Of a stretch of 24,000 bases of DNA, positions 22,995 through 24,000 are shown in pieces. A program made the translations under genes and the position numbers. The notes under the pieces were generated by a model. It was not told where the DNA came from and ran no database searches. It saw nothing but the letters and a program-made list of their open reading frames with translations. Source of the DNA: Candidatus Harpocratesius repetitus (GTDB lineage Archaea; Asgardarchaeota; Lokiarchaeia; Sigyniarchaeales; Promethearchaeaceae); contig JAIZWK010000001.1 of NCBI GenBank assembly GCA_021498095.1, positions 2,829,450-2,853,449 of the forward strand, written 5' to 3'. Numbering within the stretch: the first letter of the stretch is position 1; every line of letters begins with the position of its first letter.

Positions 22995-24000
22995 CTATCG
23001 CTTATTTCTATTTGTATTAAATAAAATAATTAATAGGCTTATAGAAAGGATCCCGAGAAAGATATAGGGAGGGAAAGCAGAAATTGAATCAAGCAGATTC
23101 TCGTTTCCTGAGTTATTATCATTATTTTGGTCAGTGTTTGTGCTGGTGTCTGTATTTGTGGAGTCATCAGTACTATCGTCTGTAGTATCATCTGTAGTAT
23201 CATCCGTATCAGTAGTGGTTTGGTTTGGGTCTGAATCGATCTGAAACCACCAAATTTCAGATTTTATCGCAACTATTCCATCATCTACAATGACATACCA
23301 TGAGTAGTTCGTTTCGTAGGCAAGACCACTCCATAGTATTTCAACTGTTCCGTTGTTGTCAGTAATGGATACAGCATCAATTAGTGAATCTGAAGTATTG
23401 TCATAAAAAGAAACAACAAGGGTTGAATTATCTTCGTCAAAAATCTCAACAGATAATAATACTTCTGTTTCTGTAAACAATGATCCTGAAATTGGATTTG
23501 GAGGTGAGATGATCTGAGGAATTGAATCAGTATAAAATGTCATTAATTGAGATGTTATCAAAATATTTCCATCATCCACTTCAATATACCAGTGATACTC
23601 TGAATTCCATTCTAAATTTTCCCATAAAAAGGTAGCAATTCCGCTACCATTCACAATAGTGATATTTCCAAGAATTTGCATATTATCTCCATTAAAGAAT
23701 GTGATTGTTAAATTATCAAGATCTTCATCATATACTTGAACGCTTAAATTCACAGATTTTAATTGTTCTCTGACAAAATTCTCAGGACTAAGAGAGAGAA
23801 TAATCGGAGATATATTTGTTGACACATTAAAAGACCAAGTATCGCTTTTTCTAAATGTTTGACCATCAGATACTATTGCATACCAACTAAATGTTTGATT
23901 TTTGGTTAGATTTCCCCAGAAAATTGAAGATACATCTCCCGATGCAACATTCAAATCCCAACCGATGATTTTATTATCGGATGCATTAAAGAATGAGACA
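22995..24000 (-). CDS. Secreted/surface repeat protein (about 95-aa beta-rich modules, Thr/Asp-rich stalk, C-terminal TM anchor); N-terminus outside the window
   Basis: The reading frame stays open to the window end (VSFFNASDNKIIGWDL precedes the TTG start used by the track). Three modules each end in [FY][SH]WY.I[VE][SV]DDG-like motifs: FSWYAIVSDG, YHWYIEVDDG and YSWYVIVDDG. There are many N-x-S/T sequons. The stalk is TTTDTDDTTDDTTDDSTDDSTNTDTSTNTD. The C-terminus is AFPPYIFLGILSISLLIILFNTNRNKR. Confidence 0.85.
   Translation of the reverse strand, partial: VSFFNASDNKIIGWDLNVASGDVSSIFWGNLTKNQTFSWYAIVSDGQTFRKSDTWSFNVSTNISPIILSLSPENFVREQLKSVNLSVQVYDEDLDNLTITFFNGDNMQILGNITIVNGSGIATFLWENLEWNSEYHWYIEVDDGNILITSQLMTFYTDSIPQIISPPNPISGSLFTETEVLLSVEIFDEDNSTLVVSFYDNTSDSLIDAVSITDNNGTVEILWSGLAYETNYSWYVIVDDGIVAIKSEIWWFQIDSDPNQTTTDTDDTTDDTTDDSTDDSTNTDTSTNTDQNNDNNSGNENLLDSISAFPPYIFLGILSISLLIILFNTNRNKR

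Overview
This is an AT-rich, almost fully coding archaeal window, transcribed mostly from the minus strand. I saw no rRNA, tRNA or CRISPR. The gene mix suggests an Asgard (Lokiarchaeia-like) genome, though this is inference only with no database search. It combines an Hdr/MvhD redox supercluster with eukaryote-signature-type genes (gelsolin-domain protein, Rab-like small GTPase, V4R/TRAPP-Bet3-like protein, a possible longin/roadblock protein) and a selenocysteine-pathway kinase (PSTK). Layout: (1) 1-10549 (-) is a tightly coupled nine-gene unit, hdrC-hdrB-hdrA'(438 aa)-hdrA(569 aa)-mvhD::wHTH-hdrA'A fusion(1002 aa)-mvhD plus two FrhB/AsrA-like FeS proteins, with no hydrogenase in view. (2) 10787-12758 holds the gelsolin-domain protein, a 48-aa Arg-rich tail-anchored ORF missing from the supplied track, and an IMPase/FBPase. 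(3) A perfect 23-bp tandem array lies at 12817-12951. (4) Cdc48/VCP, a zinc-ribbon/AT-hook DDE transposase, PSTK, GIY-YIG and TatD follow. (5) 19423-22819 holds the longin-like/wHTH protein, a stand-alone Lrp RAM domain, V4R, a thioredoxin and the Rab-like GTPase, interspersed with 12-bp and 11-bp intergenic tandem arrays. (6) The window ends in a partial, glycosylation-sequon-rich repeat surface protein with a Thr/Asp stalk and C-terminal anchor. A recurring GGTGAT or GGAGG Shine-Dalgarno lets several track start codons be refined. The most interesting items are the non-canonical double HdrA/MvhD cluster with an MvhD-wHTH fusion, the cluster of trafficking and cytoskeleton-type genes, PSTK, and the several distinct intergenic tandem-repeat arrays.
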